Of a stretch of DNA of 64,000 nucleotides, positions 31,966-41,598 are shown piece by piece. The position numbers and the translations under genes were made by a program. The notes under the pieces were generated by a model, which was not told the DNA's origin, made no database searches, and was given only the letters and a program-made list of their open reading frames with translations. The stretch is taken from the NCBI GenBank assembly GCA_963702845.1, contig OY969763.1, positions 1,664,001 to 1,728,000 of the forward strand, read 5' to 3'. Numbering within the stretch: position 1 is the first letter of the stretch; every line of letters starts with the position of its first letter. The DNA comes from an uncultured Verrucomicrobiae bacterium (GTDB lineage: Bacteria > Verrucomicrobiota > Verrucomicrobiia > Limisphaerales > Palsa-1400).

Positions 31966-32379
31966 ATGTACGTCAAACTATCGCTCCCAATTTTGATTTG
32001 CTGGTGCTTTCTAGCCGGATGCATCGGTGGACCGAGCATGGATGAACGATCGTCTGCGATTTTTGGACGCATCATCGACGCCCAAACTCAAAAGCCCATT
32101 GAAGGTGTTCGCGTGCAGCTGCATGACCATCCAAGTCTTCATGCTACAACCGACATCTTGGGGGGATTCCACATCCGTGCGTCGCACAACATCCACCTCA
32201 TTTCCTTTTTGGGAATGTGCGGGTCAGATTTTCCGGAAGGAAAAACTTATAGCGCCGAATTAGACATACTTCATCCTGCCTACCAAAGTTTGAAAATCAA
32301 CGCAAGGGCTTATCTAAAGGCAACAAACATTACTTACCTCGAATTGCGTGATATTCCCCTCTATCCAATCTCGAAGTAG
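31966..32379 (+). CDS. Lipoprotein with carboxypeptidase-regulatory-like domain
   Basis: LAGC lipobox; GRIIDAQTQKPIEGVRV..TTD..G.F. Confidence 0.65.
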   Translation: MYVKLSLPILICWCFLAGCIGGPSMDERSSAIFGRIIDAQTQKPIEGVRVQLHDHPSLHATTDILGGFHIRASHNIHLISFLGMCGSDFPEGKTYSAELDILHPAYQSLKINARAYLKATNITYLELRDIPLYPISK

Positions 32380-32397
32380 TTGATTTTCCAAATTTGG

Positions 32398-32541
32398 GGC
32401 AACAGCGTCATCTGCACCACCTCCAAATACACATTGAAAGGATTGACCAGCGGGACCAAGCTCTGGCTCCGCGTCCGCGCCATCGGCGGCAACAACGCCC
32501 CCGGCGCCTGGAGCGATCCGGCGACCAAAACTGTTCCGTGA
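32398..32541 (+). pseudogene. 3' remnant of a fibronectin type III-like gene
   Basis: YTLKGLTSGTKLWLRVRAIGGNNAPGAWSDPATKTVP* without start; shorter related remnant at 30198-30254. Confidence 0.6.
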
Positions 32542-32852
32542 ACAAGCAAGACGAAATCAAGTTGCCCAGAAAAATAATTTTGGGTGTTGTAGTACCGCTC
32601 GGGTTGTTCCTCGGTGCTACGGCAATGCTATTCGAACTGCAAAGCTCGAAAGGACCAGACTCGGGTATAGCTGCAACCGTCAAATTATGGGTAGTATTGG
32701 CCCCAGGGCTTCCCTTATTCTTTTTGACCAATTGTTTGTTAATGGTTAGACGTTGGAAAACTGTCGAGGCTTTTTGTTTGGCCGCACTAATCGCTCCCGC
32801 TCTTCTTGTGCTAAAAGCAGTTAGCTCCTTCGTCGCGCCTTCGGCAAAGTGA
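32538..32852 (+). CDS. Small three-TM hypothetical protein
   Basis: GTG start overlapping the remnant stop; hydrophobic. Confidence 0.45.
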   Translation: MNKQDEIKLPRKIILGVVVPLGLFLGATAMLFELQSSKGPDSGIAATVKLWVVLAPGLPLFFLTNCLLMVRRWKTVEAFCLAALIAPALLVLKAVSSFVAPSAK

Positions 32853-32948
32853 ATCTGCGATTGAGGTGGGTTACCCAGGGTTGCGGCGCGGCCCCCAATC
32901 CGGCGCCTTCACCGCTGGGCTATAATTATGTCGCGCCTACGGGGCTTT
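32821..32948. repeat. REP/REPIN-like palindromic element
   Basis: TTAGCTCCTTCGTCGC start shared with 33343 and 42240; internal CCCAG..CTGGG arms. Confidence 0.55.
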
Positions 32949-33242
32949 GGAGTGGCTTCGATGAATGGCTGCCGCAATTTTCGCTACACCCCAACCTGTA
33001 GCTATTGCACAAAGAATCCATAGTGACGATGTGATGGTTATTAAAGCGGGGCCTCTTAGATCGTGGTCGCCAGATTTCCAGAGCCCAAACAGCGCCCGAA
33101 TGCCTTCGGCCGTCCAAAGAGCAAGGGGAGTGTCCTCGGCTTTAGTAAGTGGCATCTGAACGGCGAATCCAATTACGAAGAATGCAACGAGTGTTGCGAT
33201 AACAGCAATCCAGCGATTCGTTTTGGAAGTGCGCTTTTCCAC
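32937..33242 (-). CDS. Small two-TM hypothetical protein
   Basis: Two hydrophobic helices. Confidence 0.5.
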   Translation of the reverse strand: MEKRTSKTNRWIAVIATLVAFFVIGFAVQMPLTKAEDTPLALWTAEGIRALFGLWKSGDHDLRGPALITITSSLWILCAIATGWGVAKIAAAIHRSHSKAP

Positions 33243-33342
33243 AGGTCTCTTGCGACACGCTGCCGCTTAAATCTAAAGGGTGTCAAAACTTTTTTGTATA
33301 GAAAAATTTGCGGCGGGATACAGTCGGAGGGGTGCCAGATTT

Positions 33343-33449
33343 ATTAACTCCTTCGTCGCCGCTGCGCGAAAGTGAGACTCCGTTTTGGGTGGGTTGGTCC
33401 CGGCACTGAAGGTGCCGGGCTATAATCATGGCATCCCTATCGGGATTTT
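33343..33449. repeat. REP-like element; first about 70 bp duplicated at 42240-42309
   Basis: TTAACTCCTTCGTCGCCGCT..GGTCCCGGCAC; CCCGGCAC/GTGCCGGG hairpin. Confidence 0.7.
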
Positions 33450-33560
33450 GAAGTGTGCTTCGCAATTTCGTGATTCGTGGGTTGAATAGGGTCTGCGAAG
33501 ATTTGAAAAATGAAAACACAGGAGCGCCGCATTTGTTACCAGCTGGTTGCGGGCGTTCAT

Positions 33561-33986
33561 TCATTGATTTGTTGAGAGGAGCAGCGGGAATGTAGATGGT
33601 TGCCGTTGATTTGTTTTTATCTCCCGGTTGTCGATTACCGTTGTCACTGTCCCTGCCAAGATTGTCCATTTAGCGACGCAGTTGGTTTTGGATTCGGCGT
33701 TAAGTGCAAGGTTGGGATAATTGGTTAGCGCTATCGGGGCGGCATTCGTTTTCACGTAGATTGCAAATTCATCGGTGTTGGTCGGCCAGCGCCCCTGTGC
33801 AGCATAGAAATCCCGGACCCCCAACTGTAATGCTATCGAAGGGTTCGGATCGGTTATTTCGTTTAGCGCACGCAACTCCAACTTAACAAGTTCTCCCATT
33901 CCTTCTGCGACTGTGTTGCCCAGGCATCCAGAGCAAAGAGAAGCAATGGCGAGAGCGCAAATTGCTAGCTTTAAGATTTGTTTCAC
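33561..33986 (-). CDS. Hypothetical lipoprotein
   Basis: Signal peptide ending CSGC. Confidence 0.55.
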   Translation of the reverse strand: MKQILKLAICALAIASLCSGCLGNTVAEGMGELVKLELRALNEITDPNPSIALQLGVRDFYAAQGRWPTNTDEFAIYVKTNAAPIALTNYPNLALNAESKTNCVAKWTILAGTVTTVIDNREIKTNQRQPSTFPLLLSTNQ

Positions 33987-34096
33987 AAATTGATTTAAGG
34001 GGCACCCAAATACCCGCCCTTCGGGCCGATTTAGGCACTTTTGTCGTCCGTGGACAAGGATTTCCAGTGATCAAAGCCTCTGCAAAATATATTTTT

Positions 34097-34121
34097 CACT
34101 TGGACAGCTTTTGTCCAAGTG
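34097..34121. promoter_or_regulatory. Palindromic operator, probably for the adjacent WYL regulator
   Basis: CACTTGGACA-GCTTT-TGTCCAAGTG perfect 10-bp inverted repeat. Confidence 0.65.
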
Positions 34122-34134
34122 AGGTTGGTAGCAT

Positions 34135-35304
34135 TTGGGGATGAAAATGATAAAAAAGCTACAGATTGGTTCGGTTCAACGCGCAGATTCACTGTTCTCG
34201 GACATGGGCGTGGGGAGTCGAACAAACGAAACAAAACAAACGGTGCGGCTGGATGTCGGTAGAGCAGAGAAGGCGTTGCTGCGGCGTGCACGCAAACAGG
34301 ATGCGGAGCTGGAGCCGGAGCGGGTGCGGCGCGGGCCGCTGGAGCGGATGTTCAAGATTCACCAGGTGATTGCCGATGGCAGATGCGTTAACGCGATGCA
34401 GTTGGCGGCGGAGCTTGAGATCGGGCACAAAACGATTTGTCGGGACATTGATTACATGCGCGATCATTACGCGCTGCCGATCGAATATGATGCGGTGCGG
34501 CACGGGTATTATTATTCGAAGCAGGTGAATGGATTTCCCGGTGCGTCGGCTCTTACGGAGAAGGAGATGTTTGCATGGTTGGTGGCGAACAAAGCGATTG
34601 AGCAGTATCGCGGCACGCCGTTCCATCCGCTGTTGGCGACTGCGTTCAAGAAGATGTTGGCGCAGTTGGATAGCAAGGAGCGGTTTTCAGTTGAGGATTT
34701 TGCAGAGGCGTTGTCGTTTCGGCCGTTTGCGCCGGAGGACGCGGATCTGGAATTGTTCGAGATGGTGACGCGGGCGCGTCGGGAACGGAAGGTTTTGGAG
34801 TTTGTTTATCGGAACGCAGGCGAGAAGGATGCGATCGTGCGGCGGGTGCATCCGTATCATGTGATGTGTTCTGATAATCGGTGGTATTTCCTGGGACATG
34901 ATGAGTTGCGTGCGGATATTCGGACTTTCGCGCTGGCGCGCATGGGGAAGGCGCAGGTTTTAGCTGAGCGGTTCACGCGACCGAATAGATTCGATGCCGC
35001 AAACTATTTTCGCGACAGCCTCGGGATGATGAAGGGTGACGGTGATTATGAGGTGGTGATTGATTTCGACGCGTTTGCAACGGACCAGTTGCGCGGCCGG
35101 AAATGGCATTCAAGTCAGGAGATTACGGAAATGCCGGGCGGCGGATGTAGGCTGCGCATGCGATTGAGCGGGTTGGAAGAGGTCGAGCGATGGGTTTTGA
35201 GTTGGGGGATACGTGCGACAGTCGTGGGTCCGTCGGTGCTGATTGAGCGGATTGGAGAGATGGTTAGGCAATTAGCGTCGCGGTACGTATCGGAGGAACA
35301 TTGA
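34135..35304 (+). CDS. HTH-WYL-WCX transcriptional regulator (start uncertain)
   Basis: LAAELEIGHKTICRDIDYMRD HTH; RRVHPY, NRWYFLG, RTFALARM; WVLSWG..VVGP. Confidence 0.9.
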   Translation: MGMKMIKKLQIGSVQRADSLFSDMGVGSRTNETKQTVRLDVGRAEKALLRRARKQDAELEPERVRRGPLERMFKIHQVIADGRCVNAMQLAAELEIGHKTICRDIDYMRDHYALPIEYDAVRHGYYYSKQVNGFPGASALTEKEMFAWLVANKAIEQYRGTPFHPLLATAFKKMLAQLDSKERFSVEDFAEALSFRPFAPEDADLELFEMVTRARRERKVLEFVYRNAGEKDAIVRRVHPYHVMCSDNRWYFLGHDELRADIRTFALARMGKAQVLAERFTRPNRFDAANYFRDSLGMMKGDGDYEVVIDFDAFATDQLRGRKWHSSQEITEMPGGGCRLRMRLSGLEEVERWVLSWGIRATVVGPSVLIERIGEMVRQLASRYVSEEH

Positions 35305-35306
35305 CT

Positions 35307-35397
35307 GTTGAATATCGCTGCTCAGGCACGGCGCGTCGAGGGCTTCGCATGGAAAAGACAGCCAATCGCGCCGCTGCCTGAAGCAGCCTGGTTCGGC
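35307..35397 (-). repeat. attC site (R' degenerate)
   Basis: R'' GCCGAAC; arms CTTCAGGCAGCGGCGCG / CGCGCCGTGCCTGAG. Confidence 0.75.
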
Positions 35398-35418
35398 TCT
35401 GGCACGGTTATACCGGTG

Positions 35419-36003
35419 CTACCTTGATATTGAAATCCGGCCGCCTTCGTAAACATGGTGCTCTATGTTATGAGGAGGGAGCGCCCCCTCGAAGTCCGCC
35501 TCTTCTCGCTCAAATTGCGGCCTAGCCAAGTCGATGACGTATTTGTAGCGTCGCTCAAGGAAGGCCGCCTCGATGGTAAGTTTGTCACCGTCAACGCTCG
35601 CAACCCGCTCGAACCAGTTTGTCTCAGTGGCTCCAATGTTAGAACCGATATGGCTGTCATGAGCCGGGAAATCCTGGACCGTTCTCGTCGCGGTGTTCGC
35701 CAGGTGAACCATTGCCTGCCCACCGTCAAAATCCTTCCCCGTGACGAACAAAATCAAATGCTTGTTGGTAATCGCCAAATAGCAAGGATCAAGCCCCCTG
35801 ACATCTTTGAAATCGCGCCCCCAAATGGTCAGCACCTCAGTATCGGTAGAACCATGGACGTTGAATAGCTGGATGGTGCTGTGCTCGGTGATCTGAACGT
35901 GGTCATCGCGATACCGCTGGCGTGTGGAATGGGAGCAGCCGAACAACGTCACAGAAAGCGCCGCAGCTACGGTCGCTAGCAAATATCGAGGCGCGATGAT
36001 CAT
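35419..36003 (-). CDS. Cassette gene: hypothetical lipoprotein
   Basis: LFGC lipobox; bounded by GTTCGGC and GCCGAAC. Confidence 0.7.
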   Translation of the reverse strand: MIIAPRYLLATVAAALSVTLFGCSHSTRQRYRDDHVQITEHSTIQLFNVHGSTDTEVLTIWGRDFKDVRGLDPCYLAITNKHLILFVTGKDFDGGQAMVHLANTATRTVQDFPAHDSHIGSNIGATETNWFERVASVDGDKLTIEAAFLERRYKYVIDLARPQFEREEADFEGALPPHNIEHHVYEGGRISISR

Positions 36004-36009
36004 CTCGTT

Positions 36010-36072
36010 GCCGAACTATGATTATGCGACGGGGTGCAGCTATAATTTTGATATCCGAACGGTTGGTTCATA
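36010..36072 (-). other. attI-like site, type A
   Basis: TATGAAC-N5-GTTCGGATATCAAAATT..GTCGCATAATCATA-GTTCGGC. Confidence 0.7.
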
Positions 36073-36102
36073 TTGGTTGAGGAGACCTGGTTAGGCGACA
36101 TA

Positions 36103-36660
36103 TCAGTACACCAAGTTTGCGCCAAAACGGGGAATCTTCCCGTTCTTAACTTCATCTCTCCATCGGTCCAGTTCGACGTTGCCATCCTTCCAAAAGTTCC
36201 GACAGAGTTCAAAATATTCTAGAACTACGTCTCGCTCACCTTTATCGAGAAGGTCCTTGGCGAGAGTCATGTTCGGGCCAAAGCTGTCCATGGTCGGAGA
36301 ACCCGGGCTCTTTCCAGCCGCAAGTAAGTACTTTTTGGCTTCAGCTTTCTTACCGTCGCGCAATGCGAGGCGTCCAAGCACTAAATTTCCATCTTGGATA
36401 GCGTTTCCATAATTCCAGTCACTACGATAATTGGGAGCAGATGAAAGCAATTCTATCGCGTATTTGTTGGCATCTTCGAATTTCGCGTTGTTAAAGCTTT
36501 CTTTGGCAGCTTTATCCAACGCGTGGAATCTCTGTAGGTCCGTAGATGCCGAAGCCAGCTTCTTCGTCGCCGCATCGTATCTCTGTTGTGGTGTGGTCGC
36601 GGAACAGGCTCCGATGCCAATTAACAAGAAGCCCAAGAGGAATACTGTAAAGTATCGCAT
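36103..36660 (-). CDS. Cassette gene: TPR-like lipoprotein
   Basis: IGAC lipobox, helical repeats; bounded by GTTAGGC and GCCTAAC. Confidence 0.75.
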   Translation of the reverse strand: MRYFTVFLLGFLLIGIGACSATTPQQRYDAATKKLASASTDLQRFHALDKAAKESFNNAKFEDANKYAIELLSSAPNYRSDWNYGNAIQDGNLVLGRLALRDGKKAEAKKYLLAAGKSPGSPTMDSFGPNMTLAKDLLDKGERDVVLEYFELCRNFWKDGNVELDRWRDEVKNGKIPRFGANLVY

Positions 36661-36670
36661 AAGTGATGCC

Positions 36671-36733
36671 GCCTAACTATGAATATGCGACGGGGTGTCG
36701 CGGTAATTTTGATATACGAACGGCCGGTTCATA
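36671..36733 (-). other. attI-like site, type A
   Basis: 63-bp copy ending GTTAGGC; flank GGTGCAGACAAAAGCAAG shared with the 40841 copy. Confidence 0.7.
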
Positions 36734-36957
36734 CCTGATTTTCCGAATGATGTCGTAGGTGCAGACAAAAGCAAGCGGTGAGGGCGGTTCGAACTCTGGG
36801 CAGTGTTTTTTAGCTCCTTCCACGTTCGCTTATTGCCCCAAGCGATTGTGAATGATTTTTTTGGGGTGTCACCCCGTATGGCTGCGCGGTATTTTGTGGA
36901 GGGTGATTGTTGTCTTTGACAGAATATTGTCGGTAAGAATACCGTCCAACTTGTCAT

Positions 36958-37545
36958 ATGAAGCTGAACGCACTCAGCGCAGTGGGATTTCTTTTGGTGG
37001 GCTGCTTTTTTCAAGGCTGCACGAGTGAGTTGTGGGATCAAAAGTGTTGTAAACCGGCGCCCGAGGCAGAGTTGAAACTGTATCGCGTGGGAGATGACGT
37101 AATGGTGCAGTATAATGAGGTGCGGGAGAGGGACGACCATTTGTGGCGGCGGAACTTCTTGTTGAACGCAAACAAGGCAGCGTTGGCGGCACATCGGGCG
37201 CCGGTTTTCTTTGATGCGAAGAGAGAACAGATGGCCGAGCCGATTCCATTGTTTATTCCAGCGCGGACAAATGTGGTGGATCTGCCGATTTACGCGACGA
37301 GTAAGTTGGAGAATGGCGATCCGTTTTTTCTCGTGCGCAACGGGACCCGTTCCGGGCCGTATGGGTTGCCGGTTTATGACGACCCACATTCAGTCACGGC
37401 TGGGAAGATTTTATTAACACCGGTGGCAGTGGCGGGAGACGCGGCGGCAGCGGTGGTGTTGCGGGACTCCGTCGATTGGTCATCGGATGATGGTTTTCAC
37501 GATCATCTGTTTGCTCCGGCGGATTCGCCACGAGCGAGAAGATAG
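36958..37545 (+). CDS. Hypothetical lipoprotein
   Basis: FQGC lipobox; ILLTPVAVAGD motif. Confidence 0.6.
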   Translation: MKLNALSAVGFLLVGCFFQGCTSELWDQKCCKPAPEAELKLYRVGDDVMVQYNEVRERDDHLWRRNFLLNANKAALAAHRAPVFFDAKREQMAEPIPLFIPARTNVVDLPIYATSKLENGDPFFLVRNGTRSGPYGLPVYDDPHSVTAGKILLTPVAVAGDAAAAVVLRDSVDWSSDDGFHDHLFAPADSPRARR

Positions 37546-37617
37546 GGCGAATGAGCATTCGACCTTGAACGTCGAGCTTTGAGCTGCAAGTCTGTCAGTC
37601 TTTTCGCGCTGAGGCCC

Positions 37618-38283
37618 ATGAATAAATTATTTCTACTGCTGATGCTCGTTGCTGGTAGTTCGAAGGCTGATAGTGCAGCTCTCTTCGATCAGCTTTCTCC
37701 TAAGCTTCGGGGTTTTCTAACGGCGAACGTGGGAGCATCTAATGCGTTGAGTGATGTAGTCACAATACAGCAGACCGCACGTGCCATAACTGTTTTTTAC
37801 TTCTACGCCGGAGACAAAACACGGGCAAAGGCAGGTCATTATTGCACCGGCGAGACATCGGCGGTTATTAATCTGAACGCAGAACTGGAGCCGATCGATG
37901 AGTACACTTGCCTGCTTTTTGAATTAATCAACTTGAGCTGCCAGGAGCGATTTCAAGAGGTCTTCGTCAAAGCGATACAGAAGGAAATTTCCAGAAAAGC
38001 ATATCCAAGGGAAGTGTTGAAGATTGAATTTGAAGCGATGCAAAAGACGAAGGGGCTGCTCCGTAAGCTGAAGCCCTCAGCCAAAGAGGTTGATTCTTCA
38101 GATTCTTATAAAAAATTTTTAAAGTCGGCGGATACGTTTGACGCGTTTTATGCGGAGCTGAAAAAGCAAGCGGCAGATGGGCACTACGATCCTATCAAGA
38201 ACTACGAACGCCAATATGATCTGTACCTCGAGCAATACAAAAACAGCAAGGGGGCGGGTTACCTCAAAGGGGACGGCCCTTAG
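37618..38283 (+). CDS. Hypothetical secreted protein
   Basis: Signal peptide MNKLFLLLMLVAG. Confidence 0.6.
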   Translation: MNKLFLLLMLVAGSSKADSAALFDQLSPKLRGFLTANVGASNALSDVVTIQQTARAITVFYFYAGDKTRAKAGHYCTGETSAVINLNAELEPIDEYTCLLFELINLSCQERFQEVFVKAIQKEISRKAYPREVLKIEFEAMQKTKGLLRKLKPSAKEVDSSDSYKKFLKSADTFDAFYAELKKQAADGHYDPIKNYERQYDLYLEQYKNSKGAGYLKGDGP

Positions 38284-38423
38284 GCGTTGGATTTTCGACA
38301 CCGTCTGCGGGGTAATCCATGTACAACGGATACCAAAAGCCCACCACAGCGACGGCAATCGTTGCACCTGCAGTCGCTAACGCGCTGAGCCGTCGATCAT
38401 CTGAAAGCCACGCGTTCATTTAT

Positions 38424-38524
38424 TGCTAACGCAAAAACTCAGCACGGCGGGCCACTGACTCAATGATTGTAAAGGCAGCGTCAACCCGCTCCCGCAACGC
38501 GGGGCTGGAGCGCTCTGGTTAGAC
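38424..38524 (-). repeat. attC site (family shared with 40379, 53087, 63859)
   Basis: R'' GTCTAAC, R' GTTAGCA; conserved core CGGGCCACTGACTC..GTAAA.GCAGCGTC. Confidence 0.8.
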
Positions 38525-38531
38525 CACGTGC

Positions 38532-38858
38532 TCATGGCAAACTAATAGCCCATCCGATGGACCCCATGCAATGAACAGCTCCGTAGAGTGACACAAGTGA
38601 AACGAGGGCCGCAATCAATCGAGAGAACCCTCGCAGCCTGAACAGGAGCGACAGACCGCAGTATGAACCGCAAAGTGAGGCTATAAACACGGCGATGCCA
38701 CCGACGAGAAAAACTTTATACAACCAGTCGTATCCATCAAGAGGAGCGAAGCGGAAGAGCAAGATTTCTGCAAAGCCCATCGCCACAACGAAAACGGCGG
38801 CGCAAACGCCGACCTGGAGTTTTCGGGGAGGTGTAACAATAACTTCCGGGGTGTTCAT
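38532..38858 (-). CDS. Cassette gene: three-TM protein
   Basis: Bounded by complementary GTTAGAC / GTCTAAC. Confidence 0.7.
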   Translation of the reverse strand: MNTPEVIVTPPRKLQVGVCAAVFVVAMGFAEILLFRFAPLDGYDWLYKVFLVGGIAVFIASLCGSYCGLSLLFRLRGFSRLIAALVSLVSLYGAVHCMGSIGWAISLP

Positions 38859-38860
38859 CG

Positions 38861-38951
38861 GTCTAACCGTGACGCTCAGCCGCGCGGCGCCAACCGCGTA
38901 CGAAATGCGTGAGGGAAGCAATCGCCGCGTCGGCTGGAGTAAAAGTTAGAT
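38861..38951 (-). repeat. attC site
   Basis: R'' ATCTAAC, arms CTCCAGCCGACGCGGCG / CGCCGCGCGGCTGAG, R' GTTAGAC. Confidence 0.85.
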
Positions 38952-38982
38952 GGAGGAACTTGGAGCGGCATAGATGGGGCTT

Positions 38983-39300
38983 TCAATGCATTCCCTGAAA
39001 CAAGCCGTAATAGAGCAGCGCCTGAATAGGAAAGGTGGCGATGTCGAAGGGCACGCTGAGCGGCAGCAGAAGGTAGTACGCCGGATGATCGCCGTGACCA
39101 TCCGTCGCTAGTGCAGTGTCGGGGGCATTCGCACTCGGGGAAGCGCTCGGCTGCCCTTGAGCCTCGCTGCTAAACCTCTCGGGAGGTGGAGCAGGTTTTG
39201 CCATCTGAAGAACCCCCGAAGTTGTGCTCATGTTCCTGCAAACCTCGCACCCAGAGGCGAAAAACAGGCACGCGAGCAGTGGGGTCAAGAGACGTTTCAT
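38983..39300 (-). CDS. Cassette gene: small lipoprotein
   Basis: ASGC lipobox; LPLSVPFDIATFPIQ; bounded by GTTAGAT / ATCTAAC. Confidence 0.7.
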   Translation of the reverse strand: MKRLLTPLLACLFFASGCEVCRNMSTTSGVLQMAKPAPPPERFSSEAQGQPSASPSANAPDTALATDGHGDHPAYYLLLPLSVPFDIATFPIQALLYYGLFQGMH

Positions 39301-39307
39301 ACGTTGC

Positions 39308-39412
39308 ATCTAACGATCAAGATGACCGATGATGAGGGGCGCGCCACCGGCTCCGGATTGGAACACGCGGCTGCCCGCGCTCCTCCTCATACGGTCCATC
39401 GCAATGTTGGCC
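39308..39412 (-). repeat. attC site
   Basis: R'' GGCCAAC, arms GATGGACCGTATGAGG / CCTCATCATCGGTCATC, R' GTTAGAT. Confidence 0.8.
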
Positions 39413-39421
39413 ATTCGTGCT

Positions 39422-39892
39422 TTACTCCTCAAGCGAAAAGGCCCCAAACCCACCGCCACAAGGGCCAAGGCCAAATCCAACCGCGCCTCCAACCGTCTGG
39501 TGCCGGCTCTGCGTCGCGCTGACGACGCATCCATCGCGCAAAACAAAGGCCACTTTTTCCCTCCCAAGCGGCAAAGCGATTGGAATCGGAACCAGAACAA
39601 CAGGCATAACTCCCTGCCATATGGGGCTGAACTTATAGGTCCAAATCTCCTCCGAACCGGCGGCTCCAACATGGCCGACGCTCGACGGTTTGCCCCAGTG
39701 GGACTCCAGCCAGTCCGAGGTGTAAACGACGGTGTTCGTCCCTTCTGCCATGATTCGCGGATAAAGACTTGGACAGGCGGTATCTGGAACCACAGGGTCG
39801 CGAACAGCCTCCGTGCGCGATTTCAGAACGCCGGCACCCACACACCCTTGCATAAGTACGCAAAGAGCCAAAAGCGGAACCAGATTTCTCAT
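39422..39892 (-). CDS. Cassette gene: lipoprotein
   Basis: MQGC lipobox; bounded by GTTGGCC / GGCCAAC. Confidence 0.7.
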   Translation of the reverse strand: MRNLVPLLALCVLMQGCVGAGVLKSRTEAVRDPVVPDTACPSLYPRIMAEGTNTVVYTSDWLESHWGKPSSVGHVGAAGSEEIWTYKFSPIWQGVMPVVLVPIPIALPLGREKVAFVLRDGCVVSATQSRHQTVGGAVGFGLGPCGGGFGAFSLEE

Positions 39893-39908
39893 CGCGACTG
39901 TTATACAT

Positions 39909-39971
39909 GGCCAACTATGATTTTGCGACGGGGTGTCGGTATTATTTTGATAGACGAACAGTCGGTTCATA
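39909..39971 (-). other. attI-like site, type A
   Basis: 63-bp copy ending GTTGGCC. Confidence 0.65.
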
Positions 39972-40002
39972 AGCGCGTTTGCTCGATGACTGGGAAATGG
40001 GA

Positions 40003-40374
40003 TCATGTGGTCGGTTTGAGATTGAAAATGATTTCGATGTTCAACATGCCGAAGGCAGCCAGGATGTTGGGGCGGAGGTTCAACGCTCCTTCTGCTGCTG
40101 GAAACGCATAGAGCAACCAAAGCGCATAACTGCAGTCCTTGCTAAATGTGTCCAGCTCTTTCTCGTGGGCAAGAAGCACTCGCTTGACTGCTGCCAAGTG
40201 CTCATCGACGCGCTCGTGCTGGCCAACGCCAAGATCAAATGTGAGAATGTTTGCGTCAATTTTTGCATTTGGCGAAACCGCCTCGACCACCGGCCATGGG
40301 AATTCCTGGATCAAATATTCTGCCCCAATTCGCGAGGAACAGATACTAAACCGGGATTTTACGACGTGTGGCAT
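40003..40374 (-). CDS. Cassette gene: hypothetical (DUF4279-like)
   Basis: Starts 4 bp after the attC R' box; family call is weak. Confidence 0.55.
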   Translation of the reverse strand: MPHVVKSRFSICSSRIGAEYLIQEFPWPVVEAVSPNAKIDANILTFDLGVGQHERVDEHLAAVKRVLLAHEKELDTFSKDCSYALWLLYAFPAAEGALNLRPNILAAFGMLNIEIIFNLKPTT

Positions 40375-40378
40375 ATTC

Positions 40379-40482
40379 TCTTAACTCAATTCAGATCAGC
40401 GGCGACGGGCCACTGACTCAAGGAGTGTAAACGCAGCGTCAACCCGCTCCCGCAAAGCGGGGCTGGAGCGGCCTGGTTAGGT
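40379..40482 (-). repeat. attC site
   Basis: R'' ACCTAAC, R' GTTAAGA; closely similar to the 38424 site. Confidence 0.8.
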
Positions 40483-40830
40483 CGTGTGTTTCGATTGATC
40501 ATGACGGTCAATACACTGATCGCATACCCATCGACCATCGAGTTCGCATCCCGGCAATAAACCGTCGATGGCTTCGAGCTTCGTGCGGTCTGTCGCCCAG
40601 GCAGAACAATAGAAGCAACGTCGCGCATTGGTCCCGAGATCAGGTTTTTCCAAGTATCGGAAATTCGTGCACTGACGACTCCACTCGACTGACTCGGACG
40701 ACAGTGACTGCTGGATCGCTTGCTTCATTCGAGCAGCGATGCGGTCGCGCACCTCTCGCATTTCTGCGTCGTCGCGCGGTGCTTTCACGAGGATGCTCGT
40801 CGATATAAGGATGTCTTGATGCGCGCCCAT
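40477..40830 (-). CDS. Cassette gene: small protein with two CxxC pairs
   Basis: CFYC..CDQC; stop inside R''; bounded by GTTAGGT / ACCTAAC. Confidence 0.7.
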   Translation of the reverse strand: MGAHQDILISTSILVKAPRDDAEMREVRDRIAARMKQAIQQSLSSESVEWSRQCTNFRYLEKPDLGTNARRCFYCSAWATDRTKLEAIDGLLPGCELDGRWVCDQCIDRHDQSKHTT

Positions 40831-40840
40831 AGTACAGGTG

Positions 40841-40903
40841 ACCTAACAATGTTTATGCGACGGGGTGTCGCGGTCATTTTGATATACGAACAGTCGGTTC
40901 ATA
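40841..40903 (-). other. attI-like site, type A
   Basis: 63-bp copy ending GTTAGGT. Confidence 0.7.
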
Positions 40904-41059
40904 TCTGAGTTTCCAAAGGATGTCTCTGGTGCAGACAAAAGCAAGTGACAAGGGGAGCGGATTAGGGCAACGGTGAATCAGTTCACCGCGCGGTACGCGT
41001 CTACCAACAGTTATTGCGCTGTTGGCTTATCGCCTCCCCAACCTTACTGTGCTTTTACA

Positions 41060-41518
41060 ATGCTTAAACACCTTGTCTCTCTGGTCGCTGTTCTCACCAC
41101 AGCGTTCGTTGTGCTGACCGGGTGCGTAAAACCAACCTATGCGCCGTTGAAGTTTTATATTGTCAGCGAACAGCCATTGCAGGGCGGCAATCTGATAGAC
41201 ACTGCGACGCTTCCCAAGGTGGGGTACATTTCCGCAACGCCAGACATGATTGTAACGAATATCCTCGATGTCTACCGGGATGATCACTCCTCATCAACGT
41301 TGACAGTGGTGTTGCATCCTGCGGATGCTATTCTTTTCGGCGCGTTGACCGGAAGGGCAATCTACAAGCGGCTGCTCGTTTCGGTGGGCGATACACCAGT
41401 GACCGCTCCTCGGGTGATGTCAGCGATCCCAATCGGCCGATTTGTCATTGAATTTGCAAGCGAGTCGGACAGGAAGAAAATCCAACCACAACTCGAGAAT
41501 CTTGTTTCCGCTAAGTAA
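41060..41518 (+). CDS. Lipoprotein with SecDF P1-head-like domain
   Basis: LTGC lipobox; FGALT..KRLLVSVGD..TAPRVMSAI. Confidence 0.6.
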   Translation: MLKHLVSLVAVLTTAFVVLTGCVKPTYAPLKFYIVSEQPLQGGNLIDTATLPKVGYISATPDMIVTNILDVYRDDHSSSTLTVVLHPADAILFGALTGRAIYKRLLVSVGDTPVTAPRVMSAIPIGRFVIEFASESDRKKIQPQLENLVSAK

Positions 41519-41598
41519 AATGACCGTTTCGTTGTTAATGAGCTGAGGCGCATGCGGCGGAATTGATGCGCAGGCGTGAACATTAAAGGTGTTGAACA

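Noticed and set aside
36057..36069. LexA box in the attI-like repeats
   Set aside because: Spacing is GAAC-N5-GTTC, matching neither GAAC-N4-GTTC nor TGTTC-N4-GAACA; it fits an integrase simple site better.
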